NCBI GenBank assembly: GCA_032718475.1 | Contig: JAUCBJ010002739.1 | Coordinates: 9,122 to 73,121, forward strand | Length of the DNA: 64,000 bases | Direction: 5' to 3' | Origin: Nemertoderma westbladi | Lineage: Eukaryota; Animalia; Xenacoelomorpha | In this document: positions 39,528 through 52,495 of the stretch, piece after piece | Numbering within the stretch: position 1 is the stretch's first letter | Layout: each line of letters starts with the position of its first letter | Position numbers and translations under genes: made by a program | Notes under the pieces: generated by a model | Databases searched by the model: none | What the model was told of the DNA's origin: nothing | What the model saw: only the letters and a program-made list of their open reading frames with translations

Positions 39528-42221
39528 TACTACTACTACTAGGTCGAGCAAGCGAACTCGGACAGTGGAAATGAGATCCTTCCAGGCTTCCCGATTCTCC
39601 ATAAGTTATCCCAATTTCGTTTCTCCCAAGTTCAGTATCCCTTTCAAGTTTATCTATATATGTTGTGGCCGGTCGTCCACGACTACGCTTTCCATGAGTT
39701 GGTTGCCAGAGAAGTAGATCTGGTATGATCTCGTCTTTACTTCGCCAGCAGTGCCCACTGAATCTTAATCTGCGTTCACAGAGGGTGGTTGATACAGGTG
39801 GTATTGTACCATAAAGCTCGGCGTTTGTCATGTGTTGTCTCCAGCTGATGTTTAGGGCTGCCCTTAGTAGTCTTGTGTAGCAACCATCAATTCGTTGTTC
39901 AAGTGATTTAGTCAGTGTCCAGGTCTCACCCCCGTATAAAAATACACTTTCCACTGTGGCTCGAAAGAACTTATAGTCTTCAGGTGCCTGGAGAGATCTG
40001 ATTTCCAGATGGCATCCAATTTGATAGAGCTACCCAAGCCTTTGCTTTCCTAACTTCTATGTCCTTTTTGCTACTCTCTATCCATGATCCAAGGTACTGG
40101 AAGTCATTGACCTTCCTTTGTTGATTACTATTAATGGTTGTTAAGTTTCCATCAACATTAAAGGTCATGAATTCGGTCTTTGTAGCATTTATATACAATC
40201 CAACCTCCTTAGCAGCCCTCTCCACTTTATTTAGTAGAAGTTGTGCATCTGCTAGCGTATTAGAGAGCAGGGCGATGTCATCCGCAAAGTCGGTGCCTGT
40301 GACTGTAGTTGCCGGATATCTACTACTTCTGCGTTCTTGAAGTGTGAATCCCAGATCTTCACCCTTTGTGGCCGTCCTCATTGCGTAATCCAGCACAATT
40401 ACAAATAGTAATGGTGCTAATGTCGTGTCACCTTGCAGTACGCCAGCCAGGATTGAGAAAAACTCAGTTTCACCATCTGGTGAGAGTACCTGCGCTTCTG
40501 TGTCACAATATGACAATCCAATGCCAGCAACAATTACTTCTGGTATTCCATAAGCTCTTAGGATTTCAAGCATTATACCTCCATGGATGGAGTCGAATGC
40601 CTTCTTGAAGTCCACAAAAGTGATGACTGCTGGGAGATTCTTTGACTTAATTCCTTCAATCAGTCTCCGTAGTGCAAGTATCTGAGCTATTGTTGAACTA
40701 CTTGGTCGAAATCCGTTTGGCTCTTACGCAGTAGTTTCTCTATGTGAGGCCTAATCCTATATAGAAAATTTTTATTGTTATTTTATTGTTTATTATATGT
40801 GTTGTATTTATTTTAACATCCGGTTGCAAACATTCAATAATGGTCTGTTTAGCACTCCGGGTTTCCATACCTCCGCTGGGATTTCATCTAATCCACTCGC
40901 TTTATTATTGGACATGCTTTTAATGCTTCTTTGGAGTTCGGCAGGTGTGAGGCTGACCTCGATGTTTGGTGGCTGCCCAAGCAAGTTGCTGAAGTTAATT
41001 TTCCACTTACCAACACGTTCTTCAGGACTATCGGCTTTGAGGCGCCCCTTTGCACAACTTTTCCGACCAGATACCTCATGTACAGTTTGCCAGGTAAGTC
41101 TTGATTGTTGCTGTATGTGAGCAGTTGTAATTGCTTCAGTTTTATCCTGTATGTACTTTTCCTGGCTGATGTTGTAGGCCAATTTAAGATTGTCCTTAGC
41201 TTTCTCAACCTTGTTAATGTTTTCGGTTGTTGGTTATTTGGTTTTAACTTTGTAGGCTATCTTAAGATCTTCTCTCTCAAGAGTAACCTCAGAGTTTTGC
41301 CATGGCACATACTGTTTTCGTTTGGGTTTCTGGGGGATATGCCTCTTAGCTGATTCTTTGTGGGCTGTTATTATATTCTGGTATATTGAATTGGTTATTG
41401 AATTGAATTGAATGGGTATATTATCTTCATCCATTGACTGAAGTGCTTCAAAGCGGTTTTGAACTTCTACTGTATAAGCATCCTTTACAACATTATCAGT
41501 CAGTTCTGAGTTTCTCCCAGTCATATTTGATTTGCTTGCTTGTCCTGGGTTTGCTGGCTCTCAAACTGAGTCTGATCTATGCAGTCACAATTATGTGGTC
41601 CGAACCAATTAGGTTGAACGAGCTGTATGCCTCGCAGTTGATCATGCTGTTTCTCCGCTTTTTGTTTATAAGGATGTAATCCAGTTGTGCTTTGGTTCCA
41701 TTAGGGTATTGAAAGGTCCATAGCTTCCCCATACTCTTTCCGAATGTGTTGTTTGTTGGTATCAATTCACATTCTTCCATTAGGTCTAAAAGTAAGTACC
41801 CATTTCTGTTAGAATGGTGTTATAGGTGTAACCCTTGATGTCTTCTGGGCCAATTTGAGCATTCAGGTCACCAGCAATGACTTTAAAATTGTGTTTCGGA
41901 ATGTCCTTTATAAGTCCAGTCAGTTCTTCATAAAACTTGACTGATTGTTTTGGCTCTGAGGCATTGGTTGGACCGTAGCAACATATAACTGTTGCCTTGG
42001 GATTCCCATCAAATGTTGCGATCATAACCCTGGAATTTATAGATTCGATGTTGTTTAGGGTTTTAAGTGCAAATGGGCTTAGCAGAATTCCTACTCCACC
42101 AATTGATGCATTGGCCGAGTTTCTTACTGCTGAGCTTGTTACTAACGTCCATCCATTTCCAATGTCATTGTACTTCATGGCCGTGTTTTCATGACAAATC
42201 CGATGTTCTTGGATGCAGATA
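39528..42221 (-). mobile_element. Second, more decayed copy of the same RTE family, including part of the APE endonuclease, 9-bp TSD
   Basis: High nucleotide similarity to 32116-34139. APE motifs ICIQEHR, GVGILL, GDLNA, QLDYIL and SDH. (TAG)n tail. TTTGCCAAC at 39519-39527 and 42222-42230. Confidence 0.92.
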
Positions 42222-44071
42222 TTTGCCAACATAATGGCTTAATAACGTAATTATAAAAATAATATTGTAATTACTGTAATTAGCTTACTGTACAGTATGT
42301 CTTGTTTCTGTTTGTGTCTTTTTACTTTAGTACAGTAGAAACTGTAGGGTAGTTTGTAAACTATCCCGAAGTGCCCAGTGTAAAAAAATCAACCAACTGA
42401 CCAATCAATACCGGCACTGACTGACGACTGAATCTTCACTGCCTACGAACGTTATAAATCCCACGCCCACCAACCGTAAAACAATTAGAATCCTCACCTC
42501 TCTGTGCCTGCTGCTGTATAACAGAAAAGTCAACTCCCAATAAAAGTTCTACACTCTTTGCTCCTTCACACATGTCACAGCAGCCTAACTACTACACTAC
42601 TGCTGTACTAATGGCTCATTACCCCCCAAGCTGACAGCTAGGGTAAATCACTACGCGTAGGTCCTACGCGAACTACGCGTAGATGCTACTGTACGCATAA
42701 CTACGCGTAGGTTCTACCCATAACTACACGTAGGTGCTACTGTACGTATAACTACGCGTAGGAGCTACCCATAACTATGCCTATACGACCTTTATCAATA
42801 GTACAGTAGGCCTACGTATACCAAGCGGTTCAGTACAAAAATAAGACCGTCACATATACAACCATCAAATATGCTTTCAACAGAAATGTCTCCTATACCT
42901 GTATACTCCATGTAGTGGCATACGGCGCTACTACATATTCTTCACTTCTTCATGGTTGCGCTCGCTATAATGTGTTACAGTATAATAATGTTTAGAGTTC
43001 AAAAATAGTTTACAAGGAAGCAGGCCGGTGGTTCTTATCGATTCTCCATTGCCATTTATTGCCTTTGTTCACGATAGGGAAAGGATATATTTAATGTGCT
43101 AACCCGACTGACAAGGAAAGGGGGAGACTAATTGTCTACCATGGATTGGTTGCACTTGTTATTTAATTAAACAATTGAATTATACAGTATTATCAGCTTT
43201 CGCTTAACCACTTCACCGGACTGGTAGCTTATTGTACTGTAGAATATTTAAATTATCCAATAGAAACAAAGATACTTGGTAAAGACTACGTAAATTTTTA
43301 GTCTACTTTTTATTCATCCTGTTTAGAGAGATGAGCTTCCGATTCTGTTATTCCGTTTGTCTGATAATCATATACCGATACAGCGATACTTGCCTCTAAC
43401 AACTTAAAGCCCTGCCCCGGACCTGAAATGAAAAATCTTTGTTATCAGGACCTCTACGCGTAGCTACGTATAGCATATACGTGAAGTGCTACGCGTAGTT
43501 CCAAAATACCTACGCCGCAACGCGTAGTTGTTAAAAAGACAGTAAGTCTGGCCCTACTGGTAAATGACAGGAATGGAAGTTACAAACCACACGTAGCTAC
43601 GCCTAGGTTGGAAAGATATACCCGGCAGCTACAGGTACGAGAGTTGAGTTTGGACTTTTGACTGTTCAGCTGTTTGAGGTAGGTTAGACCGCGGTAGGCG
43701 TGCGTTGCGTAGGCCAGTAGGCTTACCGCTGCACGCTGTACCGCTTTATCCCTACAGCCCTAGCACCTACCAGCCTACCTGCCTGCCTGCCTACAGACAG
43801 ACAGACCTAGAAACCAAGCAGCCAAGGACTACCTAGCACCTAGTGCAGTACCTGCAGTAGTGCCTATGCGGGTCCGTCAGTTCAGTCCGTAATGTCTCAC
43901 TGTCTGAATGTTAATGCTGTACTGCTGTAGGCTACCGGTTTGAGTTAGATTGTTCTGTTGTTAGCTGCTTCTGTTTTAAGCTGTTAACTCAGTACAGCAG
44001 TAGGGCTGTAGGGCCTACTGCAGTAACTGCAAACTGTCTGTGTCTGACAGTTGAAGAAACAAGGAGAGGAA

Positions 44072-44269
44072 ATGTCGTCTCCAGACAATGTTATAACTAA
44101 TTGGAGTGTCAATGGACCTTCGTATATGGGATTCGAGCTGCAAGAACCCCATGTATTGCAGTCTAATATTAATTGCATGTCGTGGAAGGGTCACACTGCC
44201 AGCTCCTCAACGATACCTTCTGTTAGTTTGGCGTCTGGAATCTCAACAAATCGTCCCAGCCAATCTCAA
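44072..44269 (+). CDS. TULP4: Tubby-related protein 4, first coding exon
   Basis: SNINCMSWKG resembles the TULP4 N-terminal SNILCLSWKG motif. Canonical GTAAGT donor at 44270, phase 0, compatible with the acceptor at 56804. The start codon choice is inferred. Confidence 0.78.
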
Positions 44270-45812
44270 GTAAGTTCACTTTTTATGCCATGACAAGCTG
44301 ACAAGTGTTAGGGGAAGGTGGGGGAATTAGAAACATGGGGTAATTAGAAGCAATGGCTACTACATGAATGCTTTTGTATTTATAGACATGACATTTTGAT
44401 GTTTCTTGAGATAAATTATTGGTGATTATTTTTCCAATAGGAATATGGCGTTTATTTTCACTTCTTCATTGTCAAATCGCTGATTGTATAAGCAGATAAG
44501 AGATGAAAAAAAAAATCAAATTTTCGATTATTTTTTTGCAAATTTACAGATGGCTGGATGGATTGTGAGCGATGTCGTATTCCAATCATCTTAAGCAATA
44601 GCTTAATTTAAAGCTTATTATGTCCTCTATACAGTAGACAACCTAATTAAATGATAGCATAATTAAAAATTTGTTTGTTCAACATGATTTTAAAAATGGT
44701 CAAATTTTGGTGCCATGGGGTAATTGGAAACATTATTTTTTTATAACTTGTAAGTTTTCCTTGTAATACAGTAGTCTCCAGCTCCAGCGGCTCCAGCTGG
44801 GAGCTGGATAAACTGGAAGTGGCCGGTAAAGGAGGATCTTTGTTTTTACTCTAAAGACAAAGTAATTCAGTAGATATACCAAATTACCAAGTAGCACCAT
44901 GTAATAATCGTGGTGTGTTTTGTATACCAGCCATGCTAAAATACATTGCCCAAGGACCAAGCGCTACTTAAAACAATATCTGTGCTATATATATTTCTGC
45001 TGAAGGCCCATATACCTGTATACAGTACAGAAGTATAACCAACAACTTTATGCAATAATTTGACTATGCAATATCTTGCAATAGGCATAATAACTTACTT
45101 GTAGGTGTTTAATTTAGTTATATAAAGTGCTATAATTAGTTTGAGGTAGAATAAAATGTCTGTCCTTATCTGATCTGATCTGATCTGACAGCATCTGATC
45201 CTATAACCAATCAGGAGAAAGAGATATACTGATATAATATTTACCTAACTGTCTGTTAGGTAAATAGCCAATAGCTGAATAGGGGATCACGTTTCACGTT
45301 GCTCTGTTATGTATCAGTATCATCATATGACGTAGCAGTACAGGCATACCGGTATGCATCTGATGCACAACGGCATATTATTATATATTAAAAATGCGAT
45401 ATAGGATGAAGGATGGCGGGTATGAAAGTTGTGTGATTGTCCCAGCAAAGATGGATAGTTTCAGATGTAAACAACTTTCGTAGATTTAGTTGGTGTTGAA
45501 ACATTAAACATTTATTAAAAACAATACAGCCTTTGCTGCAATATTTTCGTACTGTAAATCTTTCTTGTTAATAGTTATCATTATTAATAGTTAAAGTTAA
45601 TTACTGTATATTAATTATAATTACTATTATTAATTAAGTAATGATACTTATTAATACATTACATTTAAAATATTTATTGTTTGTTTGTTACACTAAACAG
45701 CTAAAGGGAAGGCAGGAAGGGCTATCTATCTAGGCCTATTGTGTAGTGTGTATATGACGAAACACTTAACATGCCCCATATTGCCAGCTGATATACAATG
45801 GAGTTTATACTC

Positions 45813-46909
45813 TGTAAAAGCTTTTGCGGACATAACAAGTCATTTTTCCCCGCAATGCGCAGTGTAGGTGCTTTTGCGGACATAACAATGCATTTTTGCC
45901 GCAATGCGCATAATACTCTAAAAGATTGGAGCTCAGATGACGAAATCTGTCAGCTGGTTTCCTGTAAACGTGGAACTTTTCTTTGTTCTGCCTAGTCAGC
46001 CAATCAGAGCGATTTTCACTTTATTTCTGACAGAGGCCTATGGAAAACCGCGCAATGCATTACGGTCTTTGTTTACCTTTCTGAGCCTCAGAACCGGCTT
46101 GGAAATCTTCTGTACTTCTGTTGTGGAAGTTTCAGACTTTGGCCTAAACATCTGATGGCTTTGATTACAAGAACGTAAAACTATTAACACACACATTGAA
46201 CATTGCTGCACATGGAACACTACATAAGTAACACATACTGACTGTTCACCGCATTATTAACTTCTGTTATTAATTGTTGGTATATTGATGTATATTGCTG
46301 ATATGTTTGGAGAATACCGATGAATAAATCATAAAACCCCCAATCTTCTTGATTACTGAAGGTGTGAGGAACAGGTTTACCGGTAGCAACTGCGACTTAC
46401 ATTATAGTGGTTTTTTGTGTGAATTAAATGCTATTTCATAATCCCTACATGTGTCAGTTGCGATCCTCCTTATATATGATCAAATTCAGTGACGGACGGC
46501 AGATCAGTGCGAAGTAGTGTGAAGGTTAATAAAGCATCTCCTAAAGAATGCGCTTTTTACGAAACTTTTTGGCCATCTAGTTGTGATTAGTATAAGTCAT
46601 AACTCTGTTTTTATACTTAAAGCGCCACGTCCTAAAGGAACTGTTAATATTTCCCCGAAAGTAAATATATTGTCAGAGATTATATATTAACGATCAATCG
46701 AATAATACAGTAGGTCTACACTGCAATCACTATCAAAGCATCCGAATCCAGTCTCCCATAAATCTGGGGGTGAATGGTCGCGCACAGACTGGCTTCGGCT
46801 GATGTAATTTCAGTACACTAAATAATTGATATAGGCTAAAGTCGATTTATAAACAAAGGGACAACTAAAATTGGCAGGTTAAACTGCTAAAGGTCTAAAA
46901 GCGCGAACA
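45813..46909 (+). mobile_element. BEL/Pao solo LTR with 5-bp TSD TACTC
   Basis: TGTAAAAGC...GCGCGAACA, with TACTC at 45808-45812 and 46910-46914. Reverse-complement homology to 13790-14636 and 1814-2480. Confidence 0.92.
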
Positions 46910-47565
46910 TACTCAGATGATGAAGGAATATGGGAAGGTGGATGGGAATGTGGGAATTAATAAACGCTGTTGTTACCTTCCAATTGAAGGAAAAGAGCAG
47001 GTTACAGCGGCTGTAATTTCTAACCAAAACAATAAACGACGTTTTACCTACAAATTGAGGGAAAGGAGCAGGTTACCGAGACAGGGTTTTCTAACCAAAA
47101 CAATAAACGATTTTGTTACCTACCAATTGAGGGAAAGGAGAATATGTTACAACGGCGGCTTGTTTACACCCACCTTCTTACTAACTGTCCGACTGACTGA
47201 TCAATAGATCATCCCCTCAAAAAATAAAGGACATCGCGCACGCGCATAGAACACTTAGGCCTAATGAAGATAAATTTAATAAAAAATATATCGACCAATA
47301 AAAAAATCGACCGAAAAGTGAAATCCTGGTATTCTTTACATGGGCGAAGAATACCAGACTTTATGCCGTTATATTTCACTTTGCAGTTACCCCCATGTGA
47401 AGAATACCAGGTTTTCACCAAAAACACAGCAGCCGCTAAAAACAAATTTAAGATTTCTAGCTTATTTTATTTGAATTCCTTTTAGTTCGTTTCAGTTAGT
47501 CTTTTAGTTAGTATCGTTATTATTTTCAGAGCGGGAGGTGTTATATTGACCCCCCCCCCCCCCCC

Positions 47566-47786
47566 GGGTTTAAGGGGAATACCGGGGAAACTTCACATGC
47601 TGGTTGACATAGGCAGAAAGTCCAGTACTCATTTAGCTACCATTTAAGGATGCAAGGCAGAGATGCCTCGCTAAACCCTTCAAAACATTCGTGCCGAAAC
47701 GAAAACTACCTTGGCCCCCACGCCGGGGTTGAACCCACAACCTCCGAGATATGTGAATTCAATATAACCACTACACCAAGGTGCGC
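47566..47786 (-). mobile_element. tRNA-derived SINE-like element
   Basis: Minus strand has an A box (TGGTGTAGTGG) and B box (GGTTCAACCCC) followed by a non-tRNA body. No complete cloverleaf. Confidence 0.6.
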
Positions 47787-48826
47787 TCTGAACCAAGTTG
47801 GAACAAGTGTCAGATACCGTCAGATCAGATCAGATCAGATAAGGACAGACGTTTTAGCCATCCTAAATTAGTTTTCATATATCAAAATTGTTGCTGGATG
47901 TCATTTATTTGCAAACATGCATATCTCTGTTAATTTTTTTAAGTTTGTGAACACTTTAAATATTAAACATATGTGGCAACATAGGCATGTTATATATCAA
48001 AATGTGCGCAATTTAATCCACATTCTCATGGGGTAATTCGAAATATTCCAATTACCCCATGTGAATTTCTGGTTGATTTAAATATTGGGAGGCAAACCGT
48101 GTTTCCATTTACCCCATTGTGGGGTAAATGGAAACAATCTCGACTTAAAAAAAAAAATCTCGTCTGCCTGTCACTACTAGATAGTGATAGGCAGACGAGA
48201 TAGGATGTTCTATTGTTAGCAGGGAGATGCATGATTCTAAATCTATAGTTATAATTCCTCTATAAATGTTTGTGTAGAAATGAGGGCACTTTTAATTTTT
48301 TAAAATCCAAAAAGTGTTTCTAATTCCCCCACTTTCCCCTACCTAATGCCTGATTGCTGTCAGGCTGTGTAGGCGTAGGCCCCTAAAGCAGTGTGCAGCG
48401 TCTGAGCGTGCAGGTGAAACTAATAACTAAATAATATTCTGATATTACAGATATTGGATATACAGATATAGGGCCTACCGACCGGTCTGATTTATTTATT
48501 ACAGTATTATACCGTCTACATCCGACCCGAATGTGGGCATTCCCGAAAGTGGGCACCAACTTTTTAAACTATAGCAGTACCGGTATAGGGCTTAACCCAT
48601 ATAAATAGACCTAGGCCTACTTTAAATAATAATGAAAAATTAATTAAATAGGTTTTTTACTAAATCTGCTGACTAATTAATATTTATTACTGTATTACAT
48701 ATTATAAGTAGATATTATTAAATTTCTGTATATTGTGAATCTTTCAGAGGTCAGGACTGCAGGAGGTTCCACAAAATCGTCGCCTGAAAGTTCGAGCGAC
48801 GATTTGCTATAACATTTTCTTACAGG

Positions 48827-51812
48827 CAGTAGGGAACATACCGGTTCTGACATACCCTTAAATAAGCTCCAAAAGTGGGTTCTTATGTAAGGAAAATGGC
48901 TCTTATTTAGGGGTTTTTGGGCCTTTTTTGATATTTTTTCGATATAATATGCAATAACTTGCTGACTTGTTTCAGGAAAAAATACCGGTACCGCATTATT
49001 TTATTTCACAATGTAAAAGTTGGGTCTTTCTTGAACATAATGCAAAAAAACAGAAAACAATTCACCGTCCGGTTTTTTTTCTAGAAGCGTTTTAAAATTG
49101 CATCAAAAATTCGATCAGTTCCTAAATAAGGCTGTAAGGGGGATTTTTTAAATTTACGTTATTTAAGATACCGGGTATCTAAATTGTACACATAAATACT
49201 AAAAGTCCCTAAATAAGAACTTTTTGACCTGGGTTTCTTATTTAGGAATACAATTGTATTCCAAAATCTGCACACTCCTTAAATAAATTAAATATTCCTG
49301 ATTCCTTACAGTAGGCAGTAGGCGTTAGGCAGTTAGGCCTACACTTCTTTAATAATTCTTTGATTTATGTCAGTCTGTATACAGTATCTGTATATTGCCA
49401 TTTGTTGGGTTAAGAATAAGGACGATGGTTGCACTGCACTCTATAAATCGTCTATAGAATATCGTATCATAATGAAGTTGCTAGCACTGGCATTCTTACC
49501 TCATACGGTAGCATAGAATAGCCCATTGATATTCAAAAGAATAGCCCATCGCCCACCTGAGCGCACAGACATTGTCACGTATTTCGATATGAGACATGAC
49601 TTAAGTAACTGGGCATCGCTGATCGCCGCACAGTTTAGAAAAACTAACTTGTGTCCTGCATTTCCTCTTCTGCTCCACAAAGATGGTTCGGTCGGGCAGC
49701 TGATAGGCGTTATGAAGGTTAAATATGATGACTGGATGACGTTTTGGCTCAACTGGCTCAGGCAGCAGTGGGACACGTTCGTGGGACCTTTGCGCAGCAT
49801 GAAGTGAGCAAAGCCTTAGCTAGCCCTAGCTGATAGGGGCCCCATTAACGTGTTGTCTTTCGTTAGTCAGAGGCCGTTCAACACAATACTCGTCTCCTTA
49901 ATTTTCCTCATTGCGTTCGTTTGTTTTTACCAAACTTCACAGATTATTTCTAATCTTTTGACAGACTACATACATGAATGACCGAGTTATTCACTTATTA
50001 GCGATAAAAAATTTACGACGACGACAGACAATTCGTTAATGGCACCCATATGCTAAGGCTTCGCTCACTTGAACGTGGCTCTCCCTCTCCCCCACATTCA
50101 ATCCGGTTCGACGCAGTTTGTTGCTCGTTGTTGCTCATTGCTGCTCGTTGTGCTTTATTATTTCTCGTTGTTTGTCATTGTTGCTCGTTGTTTGTCATTG
50201 TTGCTTGTTGGTGCTCATTGTTGCTTGTTAGTTGTAGTTAATTGTTGCTCATTGTGCTCGTTGTTGTACTCTATTATAGCTCGTTGTTGCTCATTATTGC
50301 TCATTGTTAGGTACTCGTTTCTCATTGTTGCTCGTTGTTGTACTTTATTATTGCTCACTGTTGCTCGTTGTTGCTCAATATTAGTCGCAGTTGCTCGTTC
50401 AGTCGTTCTTGCTCATTGTTGATCGTTGTTGTACTTTATTATTGCTCATTGTTGCTCGTTGTTGCTCAATGTTGCTCGTTGTTGTTCTTTATTTTTGCTC
50501 AGTGTTTCTCATTGTTGCTCGTTGTTGTACTTTATTATTGCTCGTTGTTGCTCAATGTTACTCGTTGTTACTCATTGTCATTGTTGCTCATTGTTCCTCA
50601 TGTCCTCATTATTGCTCGTTGTTTCTCGTTGTTGCTCGTTGTTGTACTTTATTATTGCTCGTTGTTGCTCATTACTACTCGTTGTTGCTCGTTGTTGTAC
50701 TTTATTATTGCTCATTTTTGCTCGTTGTTGCTCATTGTTTCTCATTGTCTGATTGTTGCTCAATGTTACTCGTTGTTGCTCATTGTTACTCGTTGTTGCT
50801 CATTGTTACTCGTTGTTGCTCATTATTGCTCGTTCAGTCGTTGTTCCTCATTCTGTCATTATTGCTCGTTGTTGTACTTTATTATTGCTCACTGTTGTTC
50901 GTTGTTGCTCAATATTACTCGTAGTTGCTCGTTCAGTCGTTGGTGCTCATTGTTGCTCGTTGTTATACTTTATTATTTCTCATTGTTTCTCGTTGTTGCT
51001 CGTTGTTGTTCTTTATTATTGGTCATGGTCATTGTTGCTCAGTGTTTCTCATTGTTGCTCGTTGTTGCTCAATGTTACTCGTTGGTATACTTTATTATTG
51101 CTCATTGTTGCTCAATGTCACTCGTTGTTACTCATTGTCATTGTTGCTCATTGTTTGTTCCTCATGTCCTCATTATTGCTCGTTGTTGTACTTTATTATT
51201 GCTCGTTGTTGCTCATTGTTACTCATTGCTGTACTTTATTATTGCTCATTGTTTCTCAATGTTACTCGTTGTTGCTCATTGTTACTCGTTGTTGCTCGTT
51301 CAGTCGTTGTTCCTCATTATTGCTCACTGTTCATTTGTTGCACGTCATTCGTTGAACACTGATTGAGCAACAATTCTGTTGCAATATTTAATTTATTTAA
51401 GGAGTATGCAGATTTTGGAATGAAATTGTATACCTAAATAAGAAACCCATGTCAAAAAGTTCTTATTTAATGACTTTTAGTATTTATGTGTACAATTTCG
51501 ATGTCTTAAATAAGGTAAATTTAAAAAATCCCTCTTATTTATGAACTGGTCGTATTTTTCATGCAATTTTAAAACGCTTGTAGAAAAAAAACCGGACGGT
51601 GAAATGTTTTCTGGTTTTTTGCATTATGTTCAAGAAAGACCCAACTTCTATATTGTGAAATAAAATTATGCGGTATTTTTTTCCTGAAACAAGTTCTTGC
51701 ATTATATGTCGAAAAAAATATCCAAAAAAGGCCCAAAGACCCCTAAATAAGAGCCATCTTCCTTAAATAAGAACCCACTTTTGGAGCTTATTTAAGGGTA
51801 TCTTCCCTACTG
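48827..51812. mobile_element. Non-autonomous element with ~430-470-bp TIRs and 5-bp TSD ACAGG
   Basis: 48827-~49297 is the reverse complement of ~51383-51812. Ends are CAGTAGGGAA and TTCCCTACTG. ACAGG at 48822-48826 and 51813-51817. Confidence 0.85.
50118..51350. repeat. Degenerate low-complexity repeat (TTGTTGCTCG/TTGTTGCTCA)
   Basis: Irregular 7-10-bp units with higher-order blocks, which give the spurious Leu/Cys-rich ORFs in all three frames. Confidence 0.9.
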
Positions 51813-52495
51813 ACAGGTATTATTTATTCCCGGTAATCAAACACAAACCAAGTGCACCAATTACAATCGATTTAGATGCTAGTGGATTGAATTGCTGAAT
51901 AGGGCATACGGGGGCTATTGAATATTACATCAGACTATTAATCTTTAAAATGTATAATACTGTAATACAGTAATAATCTGTAAAGTTGGTGTGTTCACTT
52001 TTGGGTACAAATTTGATCACTATTAGAATATTAACCTTAAGTGGGCATGCTTTTTCCAATTTATTTCCCTAATATGGGCATGGCATTAGCATGGGCCTAA
52101 TGGGGCAGTAGCAGTAGGTTCATATCAGTTTGCATAACGATCATGTTACGATCGTTTTACTCATTCTGTCATTCTACTCTGACATGGCTATGCCTTGATT
52201 GCCTTACATGCCTTACTGCCTTATGCCATTTATGGCCCATATGTCTGTATGTACATTGTACGTGTACTCTATACAATACAGGTACTGGTACTATACAGCA
52301 CATGTACGGCTGTACGGTTAGGGTTAGTTCTTAGTTGGACAGGCGCAGGCCTCAACCCAGTAACCCTAATATTGCAATTAAAAATTTAGCGTATTTTGGG
52401 CAATTTAACATTATTTCCATTTATAACATTTTAATTTATTTATTTATTACTGCATACTGGCATAGGCAGATAGGGGCCTATTGTATTTATTTATC

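Larger units (their letters stand above)
45158..47850. mobile_element. Nested element bounded by inverted (TCTGA)n-containing ends
   Basis: GTCTGTCCTTATCTGATCTGATCTGATCTGAC near 45158 and GTCAGATCAGATCAGATCAGATAAGGACAGAC ending at 47850. Confidence 0.6.
44311..48339. mobile_element. TA-flanked non-autonomous TIR element (Tc1/mariner/pogo-like) carrying nested insertions
   Basis: TA|GGGGAAGGTGGGGGAATTAGAAACA at the left end and TGTTTCTAATTCCCCCACTTTCCCC|TA at the right end. Related motifs recur internally near 44715 and 48028. Confidence 0.7.

Noticed and set aside
47720-47786. tRNA gene (similar B-box fragments near 35240, 52795, 54500 and 61355)
   Set aside because: A/B-box-like motifs are present but no full cloverleaf forms, so these are better read as SINE heads.
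50050-51366. Long Leu/Cys/Val-rich ORFs that look like membrane proteins
   Set aside because: They are open in all three frames because the TTG/CTC repeat lacks stop codons, and they lie inside a TIR element.
52256-52370. Telomeric repeat or telomerase template (GGTTAGGGTTAG, TAACCCTAA)
   Set aside because: Only one or two units, with no array or recognisable telomerase RNA structure.
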